Shown here one piece after another: positions 39,720-47,693 of a stretch of DNA of 64,000 nt (its first letter is position 1; each line of letters opens with the position of its first letter). A program made the position numbers and the translations under genes. Below the pieces are notes generated by a model that saw only the letters and a list, made by a program, of their open reading frames with translations, ran no database searches and had not been told where the DNA came from. Source of the DNA: Candidatus Latescibacterota bacterium (lineage in GTDB: Bacteria; Latescibacterota; UBA2968); contig OZ220741.1 in the NCBI GenBank assembly GCA_965116885.1, positions 3,584,001-3,648,000 of the forward strand, written 5' to 3'.

Positions 39720-40726
39720 ATTCTGGACAGTCGTTTATATTCAAGAAATTTCTCTTGAACCAACCCTTTTGCGAAGAGATCCTTGCTCAGATCAAAGCCT
39801 TCCTCAATCGAATCTGTTCGTCCAAAACAGTAGAAAGCTGCACCGGCATTCAAACAGACCATGTCCAGAATTGGTTCGGGGGTCTGGTGCTGTAAAAGAG
39901 ATAGGAAGATTTCTGCATTCTCATCACTATCACCACCCGGAATCTCACTGTAATCCCGTTTCGCTATCCCAAAATCTGAAGGCGAAATCTGGTATTCCCT
40001 GGTCACACCTTCGGCCACTTCAAAGATATGCGTGTGCCCAGAAATGGAGGTCTCATCAATCCCTGGCTCTCCGACAACAATCAAGAAGCGTTTACGCCCA
40101 AGATGGCGGAGTACTTCTACGAGTTGTCTGCCCATATCGACATCAATTGTTCCGAGTATCTGATATTGAGGATTGGCAGGATTGCATAATGGAGCGCTGA
40201 GATTGAAAATCGTCCTTCTATCAACCATTTGTCTGGCGGGCACAACTTTTTTCATTACTGGATGGTATGTGCGGGCAAATAGAAAACACACATTTGTCCT
40301 CTTGAAAATGTCTTCCAAACGGTTATCTCTGAAATCAAACTCGCAGTCGAGTTTCTCCAGCAAATCAAAGCTGCCATTCGGTCGCTTTGAGCCTTTATTG
40401 CCGTGTTTCACAACCGGAACGCCGCCAGCAGATAAAACGAACGCGGCGGTTGTCGATACGTTGAATCGATTTAAACCGCTTCCACCTGTTCCACACGAAT
40501 CAATGACGTCGGAAGGGAGAGGTACAGGTCTTGCTTTGGCCAATAAAGCTCTCGCAAATCCGAGAATTTCATCAGCAGTCTCGCCCTTCTCAGAAAACGC
40601 TATGAGCAGTTCTGCAATCTGTTCGTTTGGTAGGTTACTTTCCAGGATTGCACTCAAGCATTGTTCAGCTTCATCGGCCTGGAGAGATTCACCCTCTCTG
40701 AGTTTATCAATGCATTTCGAGATCAT
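39707..40726 (-). CDS. trpD: Anthranilate phosphoribosyltransferase (stand-alone)
   Basis: KGETADE, DSCGTGG, FNVST, KHGN, HPVMK, RTIFN, LNAGAA. Confidence 0.92.
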   Translation of the reverse strand: MISKCIDKLREGESLQADEAEQCLSAILESNLPNEQIAELLIAFSEKGETADEILGFARALLAKARPVPLPSDVIDSCGTGGSGLNRFNVSTTAAFVLSAGGVPVVKHGNKGSKRPNGSFDLLEKLDCEFDFRDNRLEDIFKRTNVCFLFARTYHPVMKKVVPARQMVDRRTIFNLSAPLCNPANPQYQILGTIDVDMGRQLVEVLRHLGRKRFLIVVGEPGIDETSISGHTHIFEVAEGVTREYQISPSDFGIAKRDYSEIPGGDSDENAEIFLSLLQHQTPEPILDMVCLNAGAAFYCFGRTDSIEEGFDLSKDLFAKGLVQEKFLEYKRLSRIPPR

Positions 40727-40760
40727 AGGTGGTGCTTCCTATTTACAAAAGAGCAAGAGG
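40659..40760. repeat. trpD 5' end plus upstream region, duplicated at 44328-44427
   Basis: About 100 bp with ~6 substitutions and a 2-bp indel. Confidence 0.95.
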
Positions 40761-40769
40761 TAAAAGAGC

Positions 40770-40801
40770 GCAAGCGACGCAGCGGCAGCTGGTTGTTAGA
40801 C
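40770..40801 (-). other. Truncated attC-like half site (inverse core GTCTAAC)
   Basis: Minus strand GTCTAACAACCAGCTGC, 12 bp after the stop of 40814..41443; no matching GTT core. Confidence 0.4.
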
Positions 40802-40813
40802 GACGATGAGCCT

Positions 40814-41443
40814 CTAACGATGAGAGGTATCAGGCAGAAATTCTGGACCTGGCCTCATGCTGCCTGCTGTCGGTTGATAGAACTGATCGGCTTCCAACTT
40901 GTACCATCCGAGTGGGTTGTCATCCACGTCCGCCACCTGGATCCAAAGCTCAAGTTGTGGTCGCCGAATTTCTTTCAGCGGCACTGCCTGCTCAGATAAC
41001 AAATCGGCGGACACAACAACCCCATCTATTCTCAGGAATGTCCCACCCTCTGCACGATACTGGAGATATTCGATTGTATCTCCCTTTGAAAAACTAAAGG
41101 TATCGTACCCGCTACGACCTCGGTAGTAATCCGTTCTCGACAAATAGAACACTCTTCCGTACGAGGTATAGTGGATTGCGCCATCTTCCCGAGCAAGAAA
41201 GAGACCGGGCATAATGGTTCTAAAGCGGACATCGCTATACCTGATCATCTCACCGCGGGCGGGGCTAATCGTATCCGCAACACTGGCTTGCGCCGTGGGT
41301 GCAGTTCGCAGGACTATCTCATCTCCAGAAGCCTGAATCCTGTGGGGACCTTCACCCGGAAAGATACTGCATTCAAATGCTAAACCTGGCCCCAATAGTG
41401 CAGTGACAGCGAAAATTCCAAAGAAAAAAACGGTCCTCTTCAT
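40814..41443 (-). CDS. Secreted hypothetical protein
   Basis: Start re-set to MKRTVFFF with AAGGAG RBS; signal peptide; YLQYRAEG motif. Confidence 0.7.
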   Translation of the reverse strand: MKRTVFFFGIFAVTALLGPGLAFECSIFPGEGPHRIQASGDEIVLRTAPTAQASVADTISPARGEMIRYSDVRFRTIMPGLFLAREDGAIHYTSYGRVFYLSRTDYYRGRSGYDTFSFSKGDTIEYLQYRAEGGTFLRIDGVVVSADLLSEQAVPLKEIRRPQLELWIQVADVDDNPLGWYKLEADQFYQPTAGSMRPGPEFLPDTSHR

Positions 41444-41555
41444 ACGGCTCTCCTTCATAATTTCCGTGCGCCTATCAGGAGCAAGATAAACGCTAAAGAA
41501 AATCCCCGTCAGATAACCTATTGAACGGGGATCTATATCAAAAAATATAGTAAAC

Positions 41556-41765
41556 TCAGGCAACTCGCTCCCTTTGTTCACTTGGATGAAGCGAAAGATA
41601 CTCTCTCACCTCAAGATTCATCCGATCTATTTCAGCCAGATAGCCTCCTGCTGATAACCAATATTTTTGTGGATTGGTTTCGACCTGTCGAAGCTTTTCT
41701 ACTTGTTGCTGAAAATACTGGATGCGTTCCTTGGTCGCCTCAAGCTCCTGATCGTTCTGAATCAT
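41556..41765 (-). CDS. Small helical hypothetical protein (antitoxin-like)
   Basis: 69 aa MIQNDQELEATKERI...; GAGGTG RBS. Confidence 0.6.
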   Translation of the reverse strand: MIQNDQELEATKERIQYFQQQVEKLRQVETNPQKYWLSAGGYLAEIDRMNLEVREYLSLHPSEQRERVA

Positions 41766-41916
41766 CGCTGATCACCTCTCGTAACAATATAGCTTCCGAT
41801 ACTGGTCATTTCCAGCGAAATTTTCTCTATGTCCAAGAACAGCAAAAAAAGAATGAGATCCTAACGGCTATCCTTCGGTACCAGTACTTGTCAGAGTCCG
41901 ATCTTCTGCTTCATAA

Positions 41917-42330
41917 TTAAAGCCGTTGCTGTTGCTTGAGTTGGGGGGCAATGTACTTCCGCAATATAGGATTCAGCGGATATTTTCCTGATTCGAGATC
42001 CTCCATAGATGCCCAGACGATCTCAAGTACCTCGTCGCCGTCTGGAACAGGTTCTCCCTCAAAATCTGTTATGTAAGCTCGAATTCTAATTATGTACCTC
42101 TCATAGGTTCTCGGTGGGGAAGTTATACGTTCATATTCGCCGAAGAATTCAGGATCTGTGGGGGTTATGTTGAGTTCTTCCATCAGTTCTCTACGTAAGG
42201 CATCCAAATCCGACTCACCATCCTCGACTTTTCCGCCAGGTAAGAGGTAGTCGTCAATGCCATCACACTTGACGAGTAAGAGTCTCTCTTGCGTGATCAG
42301 AATCCCTGAGATACGATTGATAGTATTCAT
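41917..42330 (-). CDS. NUDIX hydrolase
   Basis: Nudix box GGKVEDGESDLDALRRELMEEL; start re-set to MNTIN. Confidence 0.9.
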   Translation of the reverse strand: MNTINRISGILITQERLLLVKCDGIDDYLLPGGKVEDGESDLDALRRELMEELNITPTDPEFFGEYERITSPPRTYERYIIRIRAYITDFEGEPVPDGDEVLEIVWASMEDLESGKYPLNPILRKYIAPQLKQQQRL

Positions 42331-42351
42331 TATTTCCCTCACAAAAGCCAG

Positions 42352-42424
42352 TTTACCCCTCATCCAGATTGCGATCAAAAAAACTCATAATAGCCCTGGA
42401 ATCCGGCCTATCCATATAAGCCAT
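42352..42424 (-). repeat. Orphan copy of the Ham1 3' end (MAYMDRPDSRAIMSFFDRNLDEG*)
   Basis: 71/73 identical to 34717-34789. Confidence 0.95.
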
Positions 42425-42436
42425 TTCAATGCATTC

Positions 42437-43225
42437 TCAGTCGGCAAAGTCATGGATTCTTTGATATACGCTCAATTTGGCCTGATCTAATTCCTGCCCA
42501 TATTCCTGGAAAAACAAAGGAATCCACTCAATCCCAAGATTTCTGCGAATGGTGTAGTGAACTGCGACAAAATCGAGATACCGATCTCCGATTCCCGCAT
42601 AGCCCAAATCAATGTAGCCACTTAAACGGCCATGGTGGATCATAACGTTGGGTAGGCAATAATCCCCATGGGTGAATACCAGGTCCTCTGGTGGCAGGTC
42701 GGCCCGTATGCTGTCCAGCTCATCTCGGAGAACATTCCTCGTTTCACCATCTGGTATCTGACCGTCCAGTACGCCTGAGTCCATCAAGTCTGTCGCCCAC
42801 GCAAAATAGCGTTCCATGCGCCAATCCAGAGGGCACGAATCGACCGCTATTGCGTGAATTTCGCGAAGACCACGAGCGAACAGGCGTACAAGACGCGGAA
42901 TATCATTTTTGGCATTCTGGTGGATGCCAGATACACCAGCGATTTGGGTCATGAGCAGATACTGAGTATTATCTTCTTCGTGGAAGCAGACCACGCGAGG
43001 AACGTTCAATTTTCCCTAGAGCCAGGACATTGCCGTTTTCTCGGCCAGAAGATCGGATTCTTGTGGTGCCGCATGCGTATCTCGTGCTTTGAGGAACAAA
43101 CTCTGTTTGCGTGGGTGAGTGTACCGGAACACGTCGGCACACGATGCTGTCCGGAGATTTTCCCCATCTGACTTAAAACCCTCAAGATGGGCTTGAACAG
43201 CAGTTGGAAGATTTTCGACTTTCAA
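42437..43225 (-). pseudogene. APH(3')-like aminoglycoside phosphotransferase with an in-frame TAG
   Basis: ORFs 43016..43225 and 42437..43009 are in the same frame (MSWL*GKLNVP); LFLK, THGDYCLPN, IDLG..GIGDRYLD. Confidence 0.85.
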
Positions 43226-43268
43226 TGCGCAACTCCCGACTAAGCTATTCTCAAAATAGAATCTTCTT

Positions 43269-43380
43269 CAAGGTTCATGTGGTTTAGACAAATGGAATGG
43301 GGTTTAGGTTTTCTGACCGAGCTATTGAGCAAAGTTAGCAATTCAGAATATTGCTTTTTGTGCGCGATTTAGCGGGTGGG
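43269..43380. repeat. Copy of trpD 3' tip plus downstream region
   Basis: Matches 39608-39719. Confidence 0.95.
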
Positions 43381-43439
43381 CATTTTTTTAGGCCCTGGGG
43401 TGGTGGTTGGGGCTTACAGGACACAAGCCTGAGGATTTT

Positions 43440-44303
43440 TTATTCAAGAATTTTCAGAGATTTTAATAGAGTTTTAGATGTTACTGAATAGCCCTGATGG
43501 GCTTCAATAGTGAGAATTGTAACTCGCGTTTTCCACAGTCCATCCAAAGTTTCAGCCGCTTCATATGTTGTCGTACAGTCGGTTACAACTATAGGCATGT
43601 AACCCAGGCAACTCATATTTCTTATGCCATGGGGCTTATTCATCAAACATTCATCGGTCTCAAAGCCCATGTAGAACAGGACCTTGATACGTTTTTCGGC
43701 AAGTAGCCGATGAAACTGGTCTCCTGAATAAACCAGTAAATCGCCATCCTGGGGTTCAACGGGTTCAGGTATTGATATTTGGTAATAGAGTTTCCCATGA
43801 ATATTCGCCCAATCTTTTATTCGCCAAATCAATTCGCGATGCTGATTTTTCCAACTGTCCACCCACTCTTGAGGAGGCCATTGATTGTTTCGTTCTTCTT
43901 TTAAATTTTCAGAAGAAGCAGAATTCGCAGATAGGCTCTGGCGTTCTTCATCGGTTGTTGACTGATTCCATTGAGGGTAGTTTTTCAGAAAATCTGCTTG
44001 ATTACAGTGAAAAATCTGGAAATCCATATCGCGAAGCGTATTTACTAATGGTCCGACTTTGGTCTCAATAATTCGGCGTTTTCGTTCTGCATGGGAGCGA
44101 CCTCGTTCAAAACTGCGATCACCAAGTTCTTCGTCAAAGGGGCCATCATCCCAGCCAAAATTCCAAAAATCAACCAAAGCAATCCCCACTTCTTTGACGT
44201 CAAAGGTAAATGGAATACTACGCCGACAGAATGTTTTCTCAGTGAAGGGCAATCCATCTTGGGGGCTGCGTGGAGTATATTCAAGATCAATCGTGAAATT
44301 CAT
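43440..44303 (-). CDS. Isochorismatase/cysteine-hydrolase-like protein
   Basis: ALVDFWN, YMGFETDECL, VVTDCTT. Confidence 0.75.
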   Translation of the reverse strand: MNFTIDLEYTPRSPQDGLPFTEKTFCRRSIPFTFDVKEVGIALVDFWNFGWDDGPFDEELGDRSFERGRSHAERKRRIIETKVGPLVNTLRDMDFQIFHCNQADFLKNYPQWNQSTTDEERQSLSANSASSENLKEERNNQWPPQEWVDSWKNQHRELIWRIKDWANIHGKLYYQISIPEPVEPQDGDLLVYSGDQFHRLLAEKRIKVLFYMGFETDECLMNKPHGIRNMSCLGYMPIVVTDCTTTYEAAETLDGLWKTRVTILTIEAHQGYSVTSKTLLKSLKILE

Positions 44304-44327
44304 GGTATATCCTTATAGGATTTTCTT

Positions 44328-44427
44328 CATTGTTCAGCCTCATCGGCCTGGAGAGATTCACCCTCTCTGAGTTTATCAATGTATTTCGAGAGCATAGGTT
44401 GCTTCCTACTTACAAAAGAGTAAGTGG
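44328..44427 (-). repeat. Copy of trpD upstream region plus first 22 codons (MLSKYIDKLREGESLQADEAEQ*)
   Basis: Matches 40659-40760. Confidence 0.95.
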
Positions 44428-44497
44428 ATGAGAGACTCTTGCCAATGAACGTGGATTTCTTATTGTGTGTTGCCTCCACTTCACCAACAGAACGCGG

Positions 44498-44944
44498 CTA
44501 AGGTCTCGGCCAAGCCAAGTCAACTGCGAATGCCCCCAGCGGAGTGAGGGGCAAGGACCGGGCTTGACTCTTGGTACACCACTCGCAACGATCAGTCGAG
44601 CCGTTTTGCTCGAATCTGAGATTGAGCGAATCAACAGTCACATTATAGACGATGCCGACATGGTGTACCGAGTCGTCTGTACGCTCCACACTTTTGGTGT
44701 ACGTATGTGAATACACCTCAGCGGCTCTAAAGGTCTCAACGTCCACGATGCCTGTCTCCTCTTCCAACTCGCGAAGCACCGTAGCATCCGGATGCTCCCC
44801 CCACTCAATACCACCACCTGGAATCGTCCATTTCCCTTCGTCCGGTCCGCTCGCCATGCGAACCAAGAGAAGGCGACCTGACGGATCACGGCAGAGCCCA
44901 TAGGCACCCAGGTACACGCGCGGAGTATCGGAGGCTGAAGACAT
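44498..44944 (-). CDS. NUDIX hydrolase
   Basis: WTIPGGGIEWGEHPDATVLRELEEETG. Confidence 0.92.
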   Translation of the reverse strand: MSSASDTPRVYLGAYGLCRDPSGRLLLVRMASGPDEGKWTIPGGGIEWGEHPDATVLRELEEETGIVDVETFRAAEVYSHTYTKSVERTDDSVHHVGIVYNVTVDSLNLRFEQNGSTDRCEWCTKSQARSLPLTPLGAFAVDLAWPRP

Positions 44945-44997
44945 TCTGCTTACCTTTCTTGATCAGTTTAGCCACTTTCAGCTTGTTTTTCCATGTC

Positions 44998-45028
44998 GCC
45001 TAACCTCGGGTTTAACGAACCGTTAAGG
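44998..45028 (-). other. Integron-like core site (GTTAGGC) with short adjacent inverted repeat
   Basis: Minus strand CCTTAACGGTTCGTTAAACCCGAGGTTAGGC, upstream of the NUDIX gene. Confidence 0.45.
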
Positions 45029-45045
45029 TAATCTCAGCAGGTCGT

Positions 45046-46038
45046 TTACGTCGCTAAGATATTGTCGATTGTCTGCAGTTCGTCTTCGGTGAAATTCAGG
45101 TTGTCGAGGACACCGAGGCTGTCCTCGATTTGTTCGGGGCGGCTGGCTCCGCAAAGCGCGGTCGTGACCGCCTCTTGACGAAGGACCCAGGCGATGGCCA
45201 TCTGGGCGAGGGTCTGGCCTCGGGCGCAGGCGTGGGCGTTGAGCTTGCTGATTTTGCCGAGGAATTCTTTGTTGAGGCGATTTTTGAGCGGGTGACCCGG
45301 GCGAGCGGCGCGGGAGTCTGCAGGGATGCCGTCCAGGTATTTATCCGTGAGCATGCCGCCGTTGAGGATGGAGAAGGCGATGCAGCCGATGCCTTCCTCC
45401 AGCAGTGTGTCGAAGAGGCCATTGTTTTCGGGTTGTCGGGTAAGCAGATTGTATTTGGGCTGATGGATCAGGCAGGGCGTACCTAAGTCGCGCAGGATAT
45501 GCGCCGCCTCTCTGGTTTTGTCGGGCGGATAATTGGAGATGCCAACATAGAGGGCGCGGCCTGATCGGACGGCGAAATCGAGAGCACCCATGGTTTCTGC
45601 AAGCGGCGTGTCGGGATCGGGGCGATGGTGGTAGAAGATATCGACATAATCTACCCCCAGGCGTTTGAGGCTTTGATCGAGGCTGGCAACGAGGTATTTC
45701 CGCGAGCCAAAATTGCCATAGGGTCCGGGCCACATATCAAATCCGGCCTTGGTGGAGATGATCAGTTCGTCCCGGTAGGGCGTCAGGTCGAGCTGGAGGA
45801 TGCGGCCGAGGGTCTCTTCGGCAGAGCCATAGGGCGGTCCATAGTTGTTGGCCAGATCCAGGTGTGTGATGCCGTGGTCGAAGGCGGTGCGCACAATAGC
45901 ACGCCCGGTTTCAAACACATCGATGCCGCCAAAATTATGCCACAGGCCGAGAGAGAGTAGGGGGAGTTGAATACCGCTGTTGCCGCACCGTCTATATGTC
46001 ATGCTGTCGTAACGCGATTGGGACGGGAAGTCGGACAT
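45046..46038 (-). CDS. mgrA: Aldo/keto reductase, L-glyceraldehyde 3-phosphate reductase (YghZ/Gpr/MgrA) type
   Basis: LSLGLWHNFG, DLANNYGPPYGSAE, ISTKAG, YVDIFYHHRPD, IHQP. Confidence 0.9.
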   Translation of the reverse strand: MSDFPSQSRYDSMTYRRCGNSGIQLPLLSLGLWHNFGGIDVFETGRAIVRTAFDHGITHLDLANNYGPPYGSAEETLGRILQLDLTPYRDELIISTKAGFDMWPGPYGNFGSRKYLVASLDQSLKRLGVDYVDIFYHHRPDPDTPLAETMGALDFAVRSGRALYVGISNYPPDKTREAAHILRDLGTPCLIHQPKYNLLTRQPENNGLFDTLLEEGIGCIAFSILNGGMLTDKYLDGIPADSRAARPGHPLKNRLNKEFLGKISKLNAHACARGQTLAQMAIAWVLRQEAVTTALCGASRPEQIEDSLGVLDNLNFTEDELQTIDNILAT

Positions 46039-46067
46039 GAAGGCTCCTTAGTTATAGAATCGTTTGT

Positions 46068-46820
46068 TCACTCCTCATCGAGTATCTTGAAATGTCTGTA
46101 AAAGTGCTGAATGCCGCATTCAGGCCGCATAACCTCGTAGGTAAAGCAACGTTCGCATTCTTCAGGTGAGTCGGCTATGGCGATTGCAGTTTGGAACCGG
46201 GTAATCGCCTCAATATCCGGGCGGAACCCGCCGCGCAGAAATTGACCCCACAGTGCCCAGAACTCAAGCTCATATCCAACAGGCTTGGCCGAAGCGAGGT
46301 ACTCCGGTGGAAACAGACGGCGATAGGCATCGATGTTGTAGAGCCACGAGCCTCCACGCACAGTCTCTGCCTCCGTATGCTTCTCCCTTACGTCTCGAAG
46401 AAGACAGGTTAGTTCACGACGTCTGACACCGACACGTTCAAGGCTCAGAGCACCCTTCCCAGAAGTGTCGGCGTTGCGAAAGTGAAGACGGACCCTGGGT
46501 TCATTCCGGAAGGGATAGCTGTACCAGAAGCACCCAAAGCCGTCCAGGACATTGATTGGCGGTTCGTCTTTCTCGCGTTCGAGATAGTGGTCATAGGCCC
46601 AGCGATCCGGCGCACTCGCATTTCGTAGCCCTCTCAAAAAGCTCTGCCAGGCCTCACTTTCTTGCGCGGTCTCCTTCGTGACTCGAATGTTCAAAAGTGT
46701 CCGAAGCATTGTGCAGTCAATCAGGGTGTCTTCCAGGGGGCTGTGAGACAATTCGGACATACGTCTGGCAAAGGCCAGCTGGACCGAGATGAATTCATAT
46801 GGTAGGTCGAGTTTGGGCAT
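46068..46820 (-). CDS. Conserved hypothetical protein (GSWL...WGQF family)
   Basis: Homologous to 14053..14871. Confidence 0.7.
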   Translation of the reverse strand: MPKLDLPYEFISVQLAFARRMSELSHSPLEDTLIDCTMLRTLLNIRVTKETAQESEAWQSFLRGLRNASAPDRWAYDHYLEREKDEPPINVLDGFGCFWYSYPFRNEPRVRLHFRNADTSGKGALSLERVGVRRRELTCLLRDVREKHTEAETVRGGSWLYNIDAYRRLFPPEYLASAKPVGYELEFWALWGQFLRGGFRPDIEAITRFQTAIAIADSPEECERCFTYEVMRPECGIQHFYRHFKILDEE

Positions 46821-46850
46821 TCACTATGTACCTGAAAATATCGGGATAGC

Positions 46851-46906
46851 ACTTAACGTGTTAGTGCCCCCGAACCGCACAGCAGTTGGGGGGCACTGTG
46901 TTAGCA
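46851..46906 (-). other. attC-like recombination site
   Basis: Minus strand TGCTAAC-ACAGTGCCCCCCAAC...GTTCGGGGGCACT-AACAC-GTTAAGT; 56 bp imperfect palindrome between higA and the next gene. Confidence 0.6.
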
Positions 46907-46929
46907 GACGTTGTCCTTCAAGGAACGAG

Positions 46930-47238
46930 TTACCCATCTCTATCCAGGTGCGGTCGCACCTCTCGCTCCAGGCGGTCCGATAGCTCGTCCTCTGCTACAT
47001 CCAGGGCATAGTCCATCTGAATGCCCATCCAGAATTTGGGTGACATGTTGAAGTAGCGAGCGAGTCTCAGGGCCGTATCAGCAGTAATGCCTCGTTTTCC
47101 CAACACAATCTCGTTTATACGTCGGGGCGCCACCCCGATGGAAAGCGCGAGGTGATTTTGACTCAGGTTCATCGGCTTGAGGAACTCTTCCAGCAACACT
47201 TCCCCGGGATGAATAGGAGCCAATTTCTGAGCACACAT
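46930..47238 (-). CDS. higA: HigA/VapI-family antitoxin
   Basis: [39 protein letters not shown]. Confidence 0.93.
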   Translation of the reverse strand: MCAQKLAPIHPGEVLLEEFLKPMNLSQNHLALSIGVAPRRINEIVLGKRGITADTALRLARYFNMSPKFWMGIQMDYALDVAEDELSDRLEREVRPHLDRDG

Positions 47239-47250
47239 AGGTCTATCTCC

Positions 47251-47532
47251 TTAGTGATAATCTACAATCTCAACGTTATAGGCATCCCCATTTTGCCAGG
47301 TAAAACAGATTCGCCATTGGTCGTTGATTCGAATGCTGTACTGGCCGATCCGATTGCCACGAAGTTTCTCGAGGCGATTAGCTGGTGGCATCCGAAGATC
47401 AGCCAGTGTCGTTGAACGATTGATCATGCGAAGCTTGCGAAGGGCGGTCTGTTGAATATCGCTGGGTAGCTTTCTGGATCGGATGCGTTGGAATATCCGT
47501 CGGGTTTCTCGATCTTTGAAGGATCGTATCAT
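47251..47532 (-). CDS. higB: HigB (RelE/ParE family) toxin
   Basis: MIRSFKD, PPANRLEKL, QYSIRINDQWRICF, VEIVDYH. Confidence 0.93.
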   Translation of the reverse strand: MIRSFKDRETRRIFQRIRSRKLPSDIQQTALRKLRMINRSTTLADLRMPPANRLEKLRGNRIGQYSIRINDQWRICFTWQNGDAYNVEIVDYH

Positions 47533-47540
47533 ACATACAC

Positions 47541-47577
47541 AATATATAACGTTATGCATTAAACGACAAGCGTTATA
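47541..47577 (-). promoter_or_regulatory. higBA promoter/operator
   Basis: TTGTCG-17 bp-TATATT ending 8 bp before the ATG (leaderless); perfect palindrome ATAACGTTAT at 47546-47555 plus a second half-site. Confidence 0.7.
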
Positions 47578-47693
47578 CTGGATGGAAATGCAACCTATGG
47601 CGAAATTTGCTATAGAGCGGTTCTTGCGCGCTTTCAGTTTTTGCCGCTTGCGGTTAACCTCCTCGAAATTTGCGATGGTATTGGGACCTGTCC

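Noticed and set aside
43016..43018. In-frame TAG read as pyrrolysine or recoding
   Set aside because: TAG serves as the normal stop of many genes here and no pyl genes are present; a nonsense mutation is simpler.
39608..44427. Duplicated blocks as IS/MITE ends or DGR template/variable repeats
   Set aside because: They are direct copies of gene ends with no terminal inverted repeats or transposase; mismatches are not adenine-specific and there is no reverse transcriptase in the window.
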